Shown: positions 40,067-52,295 of the stretch, piece after piece
Position numbering within the stretch: the stretch's first letter is position 1
Layout: the number at the start of each line of letters is the position of its first letter
Assembly (NCBI GenBank): GCA_030770535.1
Contig: JASVEC010000028.1
Span: 558,001-622,000 of the forward strand
Direction of reading: 5' to 3'
DNA from: Batkoa obscura
Lineage: Eukaryota
Length of the DNA stretch: 64,000 bases
Made by a program: the position numbers and the translations under genes
Notes under the pieces: generated by a model
Told to the model about the DNA's origin: nothing
The model's database searches: none
The model's input: the letters and a program-made list of their open reading frames with translations, nothing else

Positions 40067-40607
40067 TATATATATAAATATTATTTTATATATATCTAAA
40101 TAAAATAAGATTTTATTGATATTTTTATAGTATCATCCCTTTTATATTTGTATTTGAATTATAAGGTATAAAAATAAATATGATATGGATAAGCTTACAC
40201 TTAGTTAACTGTTTTATTTCTTATCAATTTAAAAGCCATTGAACACAAATAAATTATTTTTGAAGTAAAATTGTAATTCAAATTCTAACAAATATAATTG
40301 ATAACCTTTTAAAACAAGATTTTTAATAAACTAGCATTGTTTTTAATAACTATAAAAGATAAAGTTTAATACAATATAGCTGAATTAATTTCTAACTTTA
40401 TTATTACAAATTAAAAAGAAGCATTTATTAAACATTATGGCTATTTACATTTTCATGTTCAATTGTTATATGCTATTTTGAAGCATTAGCACTATTAAGT
40501 ACAAAATCGAATTATATTTTAGTTATTTTTTTCAATTTTTACAATATAAAACATAAGTAACTAAAACAATTATCTAGACTTAAAATGCTTCATAATGAGA
40601 AAATGAA

Positions 40608-40655
40608 GCTTCCGTAGTGTTGTTGCTAATCACACCTGCCTAAGACATACAAGAT
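40608..40655 (+). pseudogene. Truncated tRNA-Val-derived pseudogene (5' two-thirds)
   Basis: 37/48 ungapped identity to the tRNA-Val at 38124; no T-arm or 3' acceptor strand. Confidence 0.65.
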
Positions 40656-40858
40656 TTATATCGCTTCTCTACAGACCAAAGCAATATAAAGACTATCCAA
40701 CACACAAAAAGACTTCGATTAGAATTTGGATAGAAATATACTCATTCTTCTAACTGTGTGATTTTTTTAGTCAATTAAAAAAGAACACATAGATCAAAGT
40801 TGAAATAAAAATAAAATGGCTAAATTTTAAAAATCATTTTTTAAAATAAAACTACATT

Positions 40859-43817
40859 ATGAATATGAATTTTCTTTACAATACCTTTGTGGCCCCAGAG
40901 ATTGAAGATACTCAATTGGATTCAAAGGATCAAATTAGCAAGTTGAAGGCTCAGTTAGAACAAGAATTAAATAAAGGAGAGACGGCCAATATTTTAAATC
41001 AGATTAAAAATTTAATTAATAATCATCAAAAAGTAATAAAGTTTTATGAACAATTTAAGATTACTAATATTTATTTAGGAAATTGGAGATAACTGTTTAA
41101 ATAATTTGATTACTAAATTCATCCTCGAAGATGATAATATTTTATTAAGCGATTACTTAGATATATTCTATCATCTATTTGATAATAAGGAAAATAAAAC
41201 TAACGAGTATTGTTCCTTTTTTTCAAAAGTAAGGTAGTCAATTTATATAAAATATAATAATAACATGTGCTTTTAGGAAGTTAAAGCGATAGAAAAGATA
41301 TTCGGCATACTTAATAAAAACGATTTTTATATTAAATACAACGGAATCAAAGTATTGCAGCAACTTTACAATTTAAGTGAAGAAACAATGAATCAAATAT
41401 TAATTAAGAACCCACCATTCATAAACAATTTAATGGAATTAATCGAAGAGGATAAAGAAATGGTACGAAATGAAATTATAATATTAATTGAGCAAATCAT
41501 TAAAAATAACGTTGAACTACAAAAGATATTTGTATTTCAAAATTTATATGAAAAAGTGATAGCTATTATTGAGCAAGAATTTTGTTTTGATGGCGGTATT
41601 ATTGTATATGATTGTATTCATTTATTAATTCAATTGTTAAAATCTAACGTTTCCAATCAATTATTTTTTATTGAATCGAACTATATTACCAGGTTATCAA
41701 CCATATTAAGTAGTTTATGTGAACAATATGATCCTAGTTACTGGCAAGATAGACAAAAAGTGAATAACATTTTAAAATTTATTTATCTAATAAACATATT
41801 AATTAATAATCAAAACAATAATGCTAATAATAATTCAGTGCAAACAAAAATATTAAAGAGTGGTATTTTTAATTCAGTCTTATTAATTATCGATATCCCT
41901 ACTTTACCAAGGATTTTATTAACTCATTTCTTATCTCTTTTGGCTGAAATTATTAATAACAATTCATATAATCAAGCTGTTTTTAAACAAACAAATTTCT
42001 TAATTGAAGACTCTATTCCAGTACTATTAATCAACCATATTCTCAGCTTAGCTTTAGAATCAGATGCAGATGAAGCTAGTAAGTTAGCATGTATTAATAT
42101 ATTTAAGGTAATATTTAGTTGTTACATTATTATGTTATATTTAATCTAAATTTTCTATAAGGCATATTTGAATAATAATACAAATGAAAAATTAAGCTTT
42201 GCGTTTAAATTAAGAATGTATAATAATAACAGAAGTCAAAGTAATTTTAGTTTCTTTAATATAGTATATGTTTAAATATTTTTAGATAATGAACATGATA
42301 AAAGTGTTGGAAATTTATTATTGGATACCATTATTTATCAAAATGAACATGAAGAAGAGGATGAAGAGGATGAAGAAGATAATGATGAAGAAAAAGAAAA
42401 CAAACAAAACGGAATAAAAAAAAATACATTAACTATTAAAAATGTAAATGCGTGGTTCGCGATTATTTTATTAATAGAGATTGCTAAAAATAACTCAATT
42501 TGTAAAGATTTGATATTAGACGCTAAATTGAATACAACAAATTACGGTAATTTAAAAATATAAATTTGTAGTAATCTATATTAATTAATAGAAGGTTCCA
42601 TTAATTTTATCCAGTTTATTTTGAATGAATTAATTAGTCTTATCAATAAAATGGAAAATGACACGAATAGGAGTGTAAAGGATGAAAATGAGTTTGAAGA
42701 TCCAATTTACTACCATTATTTACTATTTCTAGTAGTTATTATTTATGATCATACCTCGTCTATTCAGTATATTCTAAGTCAAAAAGAGAATATAAAATTA
42801 GTAAGCTATTAATAGCGTTATTTATTGTTTTATTTACTAATTTTTATTTAGTTTGTTAAATTAACCCAGTTAAATTTCAATTTAACAATTCAATCTCTTT
42901 CTATACTTGTGTTATTATTAATTTATCAATTTAATAATAATAGAAATTCATTAATTGAGCCGTAAGTTATTATTTATCATAGTTATTAATATAACATTAA
43001 TATTTTTTAAAGAGAAGAGTATAAAAATGAAATTATTAAGCAAATCGGAATCGAGAAAATAAAAAATATCAAACAAATGATCCAGTTTATTCGACCAAAC
43101 CTATCTATTAATGAGTTACTTAATAATTACAATTTGGATTTTCCATTTAATATTGTCAATTTTAATATGGACTTAGATCATCATCAGTTTTTGAACAATA
43201 ATTATGGTAATTATTATACTGATATTTATGTTTATATTTATTTTATTAGAATTGGCGCTTACTACATTTTTGAATGACATTAAATTAACACTGCCTAGAA
43301 AAAGTAAGTCTTATTTAATAATTTGAATTGACTTAATAATTCAATAATTTATTTTATAGTTGAAATTCAACTTGAAGAATATGAAAAAGAGGTTAAAAGC
43401 CAAAAACAACAACTCAATGATAAAGAGACAGTGATTGAAGCATTAAAGAAACATTTGAATGAACTATCATTAAAGATGAATGAAAAGAAAGAAGAAAAAG
43501 AAGAGAAATATAAACAAAATGAAGGTTTAGTATCAAAATTAAATGAAGAATTAAATGAAAAAGAAAAGTTACTAGTAATTAAAAACAGAGAGCTTTTAAA
43601 TAAAAACTCAATTATATCTAATAAAGAAGCTGAGCTTTTGGTAAATAATAATAAATTTAGTGCTTTGCTAAGAGAAAAGGATAATGTTATTGCAAGTAAA
43701 GAAAAGATGCTACAAAATAAAGATAAAGAAATTAAAGATAAAGAAGTTGAATTAAAAAAATTAGAGCTAGCTTTACAAGAATATACTAAAGTATCGGATT
43801 CCGTTGTTTATCTTTAA
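40859..43817 (+). CDS. USO1: Uso1/p115-like vesicle tether (armadillo head plus short coiled coil); 3' end uncertain
   Basis: LMELIEEDKEMVRNE...ELQKIFVFQNLYEK...DGGIIVYDCIHLLIQLLKSNVSNQLFFIE is the p115 head signature; K/E-rich coil at 43360-43790. Confidence 0.75.
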
Positions 43818-43965
43818 ATCATTACTAATCTTATAATAAAATTATATATCCTCTATTTTAAATTTTAGTTTAAATATACCAAATTCTATTTTTTTAAATG
43901 TAATAAGTAAAAAATAAAATTACAAAAAAATAAAACTATATTTTCTATTATGGTTATAATGATGT

Positions 43966-44431
43966 TTAAAAAGGTAAGTTGGAAATTTTACCAGCTGATT
44001 CTTTTTCTTTTTCCTATTTTCATAATTAATTCTAATGTCTTTATCCAAATAAAATCATTACCTGTTTCCATTTATTGATAGTTTTATCCATATTATCAAC
44101 TGCTGTATCCATCTTTAATTTTCTAATTTATCATTATTAGTTCTCCTATTTAGCCCTTATTAATTTATCCTTACCTATCTAAATAATTCTTTTGATATTT
44201 TGTTCCTTCCGGTGTAGCTCTAACTTCTTTGTTTTGTTTAGCAGGTAATCCTAAATCATTTGGATTCATTCCTAATAAATGACATGCTTTTCTTAAATCC
44301 GCTTGTTCTCTTAATGAGTATTTTGGTTTACACCATTTTTCATTGATAAATTGAGGAGTGAAATCGGTGGCTTTAAATTGAGTTGTCTTTAAAAAGTTGA
44401 TGTATTTGCTGTGTAATACGCGTGGCTTCAT
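43966..44431 (-). CDS. MRPL25: Mitochondrial ribosomal protein mL59 (3 exons)
   Basis: FTPQFINEKWCKPKYSLREQADLRKAC...PEGTKYQK...AVDNMDKTINKWKQ...LPF*. Confidence 0.8.
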
Positions 44432-44700
44432 TTTCTTCCTTTTGTTAAAAATTGATTTTTTTGAATATTGAAAAGTGGAGTTTTTCAGAACTAGTTTTGG
44501 ATTGAAATTTTAATTTGGGATTTCAAGTATAGTTTCAAACTTTATACTATTTTAAATGAAAATCAATCGATATCAATAGTTTTTGTTTAAATTGATATGT
44601 ATATACAATAGAGTAATACTGTATATTCTTAATGAATAACAAGTAAAATTTAACAAAAAGTAAATAAAAAGTTTAATTTAAAAAAGATATACCAATCAAA

Positions 44701-44772
44701 AGGTCATGCCGAGGCTCGAACTCGGATTTCAAGAATCAGAATCTTGGGTGCTAGCCATTACACTACACGACC
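44701..44772 (-). tRNA. tRNA-Gln(CTG)
   Basis: Reverse complement GGTCGTGTAGTGTAATGG...CAAGA-TT CTG AT-TCTTG...GTTCGAGCCTCGGCATGACCT. Confidence 0.95.
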
Positions 44773-45250
44773 TGATTTGCATACCCTAATGAGGAAGTAT
44801 TGTATTTAATCTATTTTATTGTAGAGTTTTCTTAAATTTGATATTGCAAAAATAACTTGCCAATAATAAAAATTCAACATTTATTATAGCGGTCGACGCT
44901 TATAAGTGTATTGTAAATCCAATTGACTGCACATAAAATATAAAATACAAAAGATGAAATATAAAATAGCTTTGAAATTATTCAAATTTGGCCGGCACTG
45001 ATAATTTTCAAAAATACAATGAATTTAACAATTTTAATGATGAGGGGGTTACATTAGTTTTCAAGTTTGAAATAAAATGACTTGGTTAATGCTACAAAAA
45101 AGATAAATTTATGACACATTTTAGACTAAATGAATAATTTTATTAAAAGGCTTAAATTTAATTTTCGAAATTCAATTTTGAAGTTAGTTTTATTTTTTTT
45201 ATTTGTAACAAAGCAACACATTTTACATTTGTAATTAGTACCAAAGCATC

Positions 45251-46578
45251 ATGTATAAACAACTAAAGTCAATAAAGAACCACTTTATAAATTATATAGA
45301 CAACCTAAAAACAAACCCAAAGGATGTTTTAAGCAAACATAAGCTAAGGCTCATCATAGGAAACGAGGCTGCAGGTAGTTAAAACTATCATATTTTTATT
45401 ATAAAATCACTAATGTCACCCTAGACCTTGACTCAATTGTATCTTCTATAGCCTTAAGCCTCGCCTTGAACACACCTAAAACTCCAGCTAACGATCCAGT
45501 CATCCCATCCACTTTATCCATCCCAATCATTAACATCCCACGTCAAGACATCCAGCTCCGACCTGAAGCCTTATTCTTGTTTGATCACTGTAATCTCACC
45601 TTTGATGACATCTTATTTATAAATGATGAGCCTGTATCTCAACTGATTCAATTATTGAAAAATAACAATGGGGTAAAAGAAAACATCAAGCTTGACTTCA
45701 CCTTAGTAGACCACAACATTTTAAACCCTCGCTTTTCAAGCTGGCCAGCTACAGTATCCCAAATCTTTGATCACCATCAGGATGAAAAGAAACACTTAAA
45801 CGCAGACATACGTATAGTTGAACCTGTTGGATCCAATACCACACTTATCGTAGAGCAGATTAAAAAGTTGATTAAACAAGGTGAAGCCGAAGAAGGCTTG
45901 CTTAGTTTACCAAGTTTCGCCAAGCTTCTACTTGCCCCTATTTTGATCGATACTGTTAATTTAAAGGGTGAATATGGTAGGGTTACAGATAAAGATCAGA
46001 ATGTTGCTAATGGGCTTGGTGATATTATTAAAAATGAGAGTTCAGGTGAGTTTACTTTTGATGCTTATTTTAAGCAGTTAAATCAGGCTAAGAAAGAAGT
46101 TGGAAGTATGAATACAGTACAGTTGTTGAGAAGAGATTTTAAAACCTGGGAAGTGAAGAAAGGGATTAGTTTGGGTATTTCATCGATCATTAACTTTGAT
46201 TTAAAAGATTGGAGAATCAGGGATAAGAAAGAGTCAGAGCAGGAGGAGTACTCAGATTTACTGTCAGCTTGTCAAGAGTTTTCAGAAGGATCAGATTTGA
46301 CTATTTTAATAGTCCTTTTATCAAAAGAATACTCCAGTCCAGATAAAGACGATTTATTTAGAAGAGAGATGGTTATCTATACCAAAGATAGGTGTCTTTT
46401 AAAATATCTTCAAGATCAACTAGAAAAGTGTGCTGCTTTAGATTTAAAAAATTTAGACTATATTAAGAACACTAAGCTCATTGAAACGAACTTCATAGGT
46501 TATGAACAGAAGAACATTTCAGCTTCTAGAAAAGTTTCTTATCCTATTATTAGAGATATGTTAATAAATTATAAATAA
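45251..46578 (+). CDS. PPX1: Exopolyphosphatase Ppx1/Prune (DHH family), 2 exons
   Basis: IGNEAA-DLDS across an intron, LVDHN, IFDHH, VGSNTTL, ILIDTVNL, LRRDFKTW, NISASRKVSYP. Confidence 0.9.
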
Positions 46579-46868
46579 TCTTTCAAATAATAGTAAAGTT
46601 GGATGTATATTGTAATCAAAGGTTAAAAGGATTTTCAAGACAAGTATAAATTATAATTTATAAGATTCTAATTTAAAAATAATAATATAATAAATTTGTT
46701 GGTTTTATCTAAATATTGAGAATTAAAGCTAGTGAGAGTAATACATTAAAACGCTTAAATTTATAGACAAAAATAATTTCATTCAAGAAAAGTAAATTGA
46801 ATAAAATAAAATCGTAACCATAGTTCGATATAAAATAGTTTTCCATTCTCAATGCTCATAAATAAAAC

Positions 46869-47197
46869 TTAACATGTACGATACAACAAAATCGCGGTCA
46901 ATCCGATATAAAAATAGATAAAGCATTTAGTTTCTAAACAGAATAATTAATAGCCGACATTTTAAAATAAAATCTCAACCTACCATGGGTAACTGAGGAG
47001 CCAAATGAACGACCAACTATGCAATGCCAGTGAGGTCCATATTTCTGGTCAAAGTGGCGTTTAATATAAGTGGCCACATCTCTTTCTACATTGTTTTTTT
47101 CTAATGCTTCAGCAGCAAAAAAGAAGACTTCTTCTTGCATGTCTTCTGACATGTCCACGCTTTTAACTACTGGTTTTGAATCCTGCCCTTTATCCAT
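46869..47197 (-). CDS. DYN2: Dynein light chain LC8 (2 exons)
   Basis: VVKSVDMSEDMQ...[45 protein letters not shown]. Confidence 0.93.
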
Positions 47198-47373
47198 TTT
47201 AAAATTTATAAAAATTAACTGAAAAATCTGCGTCATAATTTTAGACTTAAACATATTCATTGGGTGAGGATCAAGGATTTAGCTGAGTTATGGGATTTTT
47301 TAGGAATTGCCTTTGACTTATTGTAGACTTTTAGAAATCAATAATTTATTTTTTACATAGAATAATATCAAAA

Positions 47374-47793
47374 ATGACTATTGGCAAAAAATTAGTATAT
47401 TTCCCCAACTTAGTATTTACAATGGTACGTACCAGTTTACCACCAAATCAAGTAGCTTTCCGTGTACCATTGAAAACGAGCAAATTAGATATCCGTGACT
47501 ATTTATATAACTTATATCAAGTTAAAGCTGTAGACGTAAGAACTATGATCTACCAAGGTACGATGACTAGAAATAGAGCCACTCGTCGTCGTACTAGAAA
47601 TGCTTCAACTAAAAAGGCGATCGTTACTTTAGAAAACGAATTCCAATACCCAGAACCCCCAAATATGGAAGACTTTGGTGGATCCCAAACTAAGTTAGCT
47701 ATGGATAAAGTAAAATCGAAACTTAAGGGATGGCGTATACGCCAAAATCTTAGCGCTGTACCTAAATCGGTTTCAGAAAGTAAATCAACATAA
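47374..47793 (+). CDS. MRP20: Mitochondrial ribosomal protein uL23m
   Basis: VYFPN...PPNQVAFRVPLKTSKLDIRDYLYNLYQV...KKAIVTLENEFQYP. Confidence 0.88.
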   Translation: MTIGKKLVYFPNLVFTMVRTSLPPNQVAFRVPLKTSKLDIRDYLYNLYQVKAVDVRTMIYQGTMTRNRATRRRTRNASTKKAIVTLENEFQYPEPPNMEDFGGSQTKLAMDKVKSKLKGWRIRQNLSAVPKSVSESKST

Positions 47794-48471
47794 ATGCGTT
47801 TTTGAGTATATAAATCAAGCTAGAGTTTAAAATTGGAAAGATAATATATTTTATTTAATTTGATAGGATAGGGTTTTAAACTATGAATTAAAATTAAAGC
47901 TAAAATTAGAAATTATAGGATTGACTGTTTGATTATTTGAGTATTTCGATTTTATTTCTTAATATACTTATAGTTATAAGGGATTCAGTTGTTTAAAAAG
48001 ATTAGTTATAATTCTTGTTTATTCGTTCAAGAGCGTCTCTTTTTCTTATACAGCTCAGAAACCAACTAGAATATTTAAATTGCATGTATATTTATTAAAC
48101 TATATTGATGTAGCCCAGAAAAATAGTCATTAAAAAATTAAAATTAAAAAAATAGAATAAGAATAGTACATGACTTTTCATTTTGATAGTGAAGCTTTTT
48201 TAATATAAGATAATATTAAAAAGCTCTCTGAAACAAAATATACCATATGGGCTTACATTTACAGATATAAATTAAAGTAGATAGTTTTAAAAATTGTAAT
48301 ACTATTAAAGTATGGAATTTGATTCTAAATAAACGAGTTATTTTAACTAGTTTCCCATATTTCAATATATTTTCCTTATCATTAGCATATCTTTTTTTAA
48401 TAATTTATTCTTTGTTGCTTTCATGTTTGAAATAAAAACATGTTTATTTTACAAAAAAAATATGGAAGATA

Positions 48472-48542
48472 TGCAATGTCCGGGAATCGAACCCGGGGCT
48501 GCCGCGTGGCAGGCGGCAATTTTACCACTAAACCAACATTGC
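48472..48542 (-). tRNA. tRNA-Gly(GCC)
   Basis: Reverse complement GCAATGTTGGTTTAGTGGTAAAATT-GCCGC CT GCC AC GCGGC-...GGTTCGATTCCCGGACATTGCA. Confidence 0.95.
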
Positions 48543-48750
48543 AACTATCCAATGATATCGTTTAAAATTAATTTATAAAGTTAAAAATAATCTGGATCTG
48601 TGCTTTTATTGTAATAGCTCTCTATCTACAAGCTAAAAAATCATCTATAGAATATATCCATAAACTAAAATGATTGAAGAAACCAAAACAATATAATACC
48701 TAATTTATAATTAAAAATCTCTATAATTTTATTTCAACTATTCCAACAAT

Positions 48751-51671
48751 TTAACTTTGCTTAAACAAATTTAAAGCGGAGGTCTTTTTATGTCCTTTGA
48801 ATACAAGGCTATCATCTAAAACCAATATTAATATTCCTTTTATAACAAAAAATAACAAAAAAAGCTTACCATTTAAATTATTATTTAAAGTATTGACCAA
48901 TTCATTGCCATTAGAAGATAGGTATTTTGAGGAATAGCCTAAACCAAGGATAGGTTCTTTAAGTAGTTCTTTTAATTGATATTTCAATTTTTCTAATTGA
49001 CCTTGTTTCTTTTTATTTTTTATTTTACCAACATCTTCATCTGAGCTAAGACTAAAAGAATATTAATAAACAAAATATAGCTTTAATTTGAACATCTATT
49101 ACTTATCTGAATCCAATTCAATTTCTAACAAATCTGCTGATTTTTTAAGCCACGATTTATCTGCTTTATCCTACAATACAGTTAACACCTCTTAGAAAAT
49201 AATCGAAATCTTCACTTACCTTATCTAAGCCATGTTGTAACTGATCTACTTGCTTAGCAAGCGCGAGTCTAGTTTTTAATTTTGAAGCCAATAGTGAATC
49301 CACCGGAAACTCTTGAATATTGGCTCTTTTCAAAGCTTTGCAGATATTGCGATAAGCTTTAAGTTCCTCTGGACAACAAAGCATCAACGACATACCTTGA
49401 CGTTTAGCACGAGCAGTACGACCAGATCGATGAATATATATTTCTCCGCTTCTTGGTATTTGATAATGTACAATATATTCTACATTAGGGATATCTAACC
49501 CTCGAGCAGCTACATCAGAACAGATTAATACTACATTTTCTTCATTTTTAAATCGATCGACGTTCTTTAATCTTTGTCTTTGTGGCATCTGTGCATGTAA
49601 TGGGTAGGCGTTTACATTTAAATTTTTTAAGATCGGTACTATTCTTCGGATGCTATCAATACTGTTTAAGAATACTAATGTACGACCAGGGTACCTTGTT
49701 ACAAAGAAATAAAGATAAAGATCCTATATATATGTTAATAACTTTGCTAATGATTTAATTTAATACTACTTTTTCTTCCTTGATACAGTCAATCCTAGCT
49801 TCAATCAATTTTTCACTTGTTATCTTTTTACTAGTTATATCAATATGTACTGGATTGTTATCCTTGAATTTAATCTTTTTTATTATAGCATCTAAACGTA
49901 GAATATTAATAATTAAAAAACGCGAATAAATAAAATTTACCTATTACTGACTCCTTTGGTTTCTTGCTTTTAAAATTAGAATTTGAAGTGTTACTATCCA
50001 TAGTAGCAGAGAAAATAAAAGATTGATAATTTGTATTACTTCTATAATAAAAGAAACATGTAAATCATGAGTTATCAACAATATAAAAATGATTACTTAT
50101 TGACCAAATCTAAAATGTATTGTAATTCTTTAAAATGGCCTTTTTCAATCATTCTATCAGCTTCATCCAATACAAGGAATTTGATATTTTGAATCAAATT
50201 TTTATTAAAATTGGACTAATTATTAATTAATAAGAAATAAAAAAATAAATCAGTAGTTAACTTACTTGTGTAATCAATTCCCATAAACGACCTGGTGTAG
50301 CAACCAAAATATGGGGAATATGATTCAATATTCTTTCTTGTTTTTGAATACTCATACCACCAACGATAGCATCAACCTAAAAACTAAATAAACTTTATCT
50401 ATTATTTATATAATACTCACCTTAATTCTAGCATATTTTGTCATTGCTTTTAAATGGTCTTTAATTTGGATAGCTAATTCACGGGTGGGTGATAAAATCA
50501 ACGCAAATAACTTTTGATTTTTTTCTAACGAGTTATCCATATAAGCTAATTTATTCAATATTGGTAATCCAAAAGCCAATGTTTTTCCAGAACCCTAAGC
50601 ATATTATCAATAAACAAGGATTAATATTTTATTAATCCAACTTACAGTTTCAGCACAACCAATGATATCTTTACCTTTCATAGCTTGTGGCATCACTTTT
50701 TTTTGAATTTCAGTAGGACTTTCAAATCCTTGATCTTGAATTGCTTTTAAAATTCTTTCATTTAAATTGTATTCATTCCAGTGTTTCATAGAATCCCCTA
50801 GTACTTTAAAATAATTCAATCTTTTATATTAATAAATATTATTTAAATTTACCAAACTTAAACTCAGTTTCTTTGTTTTCTTTATCATTAGTCGTAGTTT
50901 TTGCTTTCTTTTCCTTCTTTTCTTTTTTTTCTATCACTTTTTTTTCCAAATCTTCAAAGTTAAAACCTCCATCGCTTCCTTTTTCATTATCTGATTCATT
51001 CTCTCCTTCTATATCTTCATCATCATCTAATTCTATGTCCCCTTCTTCTATATCTTCATCATCATCTAATTCTATGTCCCCTTTTTCTTCTTCTATGCTG
51101 TCCTCCTCCTCTATATTTTCAATTTCCTCTTCTTCACTATCCGAAAGAGGTCTTAAAACCAAGGGTCTTTTATTTTTCCTTTCTTTTTTAACTTCATCAC
51201 CAGCTTCGGTTTCAACAAAATCATTAACATGAATAAAGTCTACTTTTTTCATTTCTTCGATTGATAAAGGAAGTTCATACTCATCTTTTTTAGCTTTAGT
51301 ATTGTTCTTTAACTTTTTTTCATCAATTACCTATCAAAATGTTAGTTCTATCCCATAGAAATTTTAATTCTATATTATCAAATTACTTTAAATTGTAATG
51401 TTCTACCGCCATTTTTATCTTCTACCCATTCACAATCGACTCCCTCAATTTCTTCAAAACCTAATACATCTCCCATATCATCAGAAATTGTCAAAGCTTC
51501 ACTGGTCTCTACTTTTTTCCAAGGTAAAGCGTTATATCGAATTGCTTTAGCAGCTGGCATTGGTGGTGGATTATTACTTATCTCATGCCATTTTAAATCA
51601 TTTTCAGTAGTACTACTTGTTCTCTTCTTTTTATTTTGTTGATTGTTAGTTTTATTCCCTTTTTTTGCCAT
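48751..51671 (-). CDS. MAK5: DEAD-box RNA helicase Mak5/DDX24 (multi-exon)
   Basis: Q motif [76 protein letters not shown]; acidic N-terminus. Confidence 0.92.
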
Positions 51672-52295
51672 TTTGAAAATAAGAATGAATTGAGTTTTTT
51701 TGATTTGGGTTTTTGGTTTATTTTCGAAAATAAATTTGGAAATAGATTTTTTCAAATTGGTTATTAGTGATGGAAAAGCATTTTTTTTTGTTGAATGTCA
51801 TGATAGTAAACAAGTTTTTAATAGTAGTATAACAAATTATATGTACTAATTTATAAAATAGAGTTTTAGTCAATAAACAACATTAGTAAGATAGCTTGAA
51901 CTCTGTATACTATTTTTATGAAACTACTCAAGATTTTCGATATTTCTAAAATTTTATTTTATTTTGTTAGTTCAATCAATTTAACCTTTTATCTTTTAGT
52001 AAAATTAATAACAATGGAGATATATAATAAGCCAACCCTTTAGTAGTAAAAATAAGGGTTTACAATATAATAAAAGCAACTCATAACTTTTATATAAATC
52101 TAATAAGAATAGTTTGAAGCTACTATCATTAAACTTAACTAAATTACAACTTCCGTTTTACTATTTGATTGGTTTATCTAAAAACCTCAAAAAATTGATA
52201 ACTAAACGTTAATTCGATTGCCAATAAAAAATCGAGCTAAGTGTGATTAGTCTCGAAATTCAAAAAAGCCATTTTTAGTTTACTAAAATAAAATT

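Noticed and set aside
51005..51085. 39-bp tandem duplication in MAK5, HQY repeats at 58441-58490, and poly-Asn tracts in MCD4
   Set aside because: Ordinary in-frame low-complexity expansions in disordered regions
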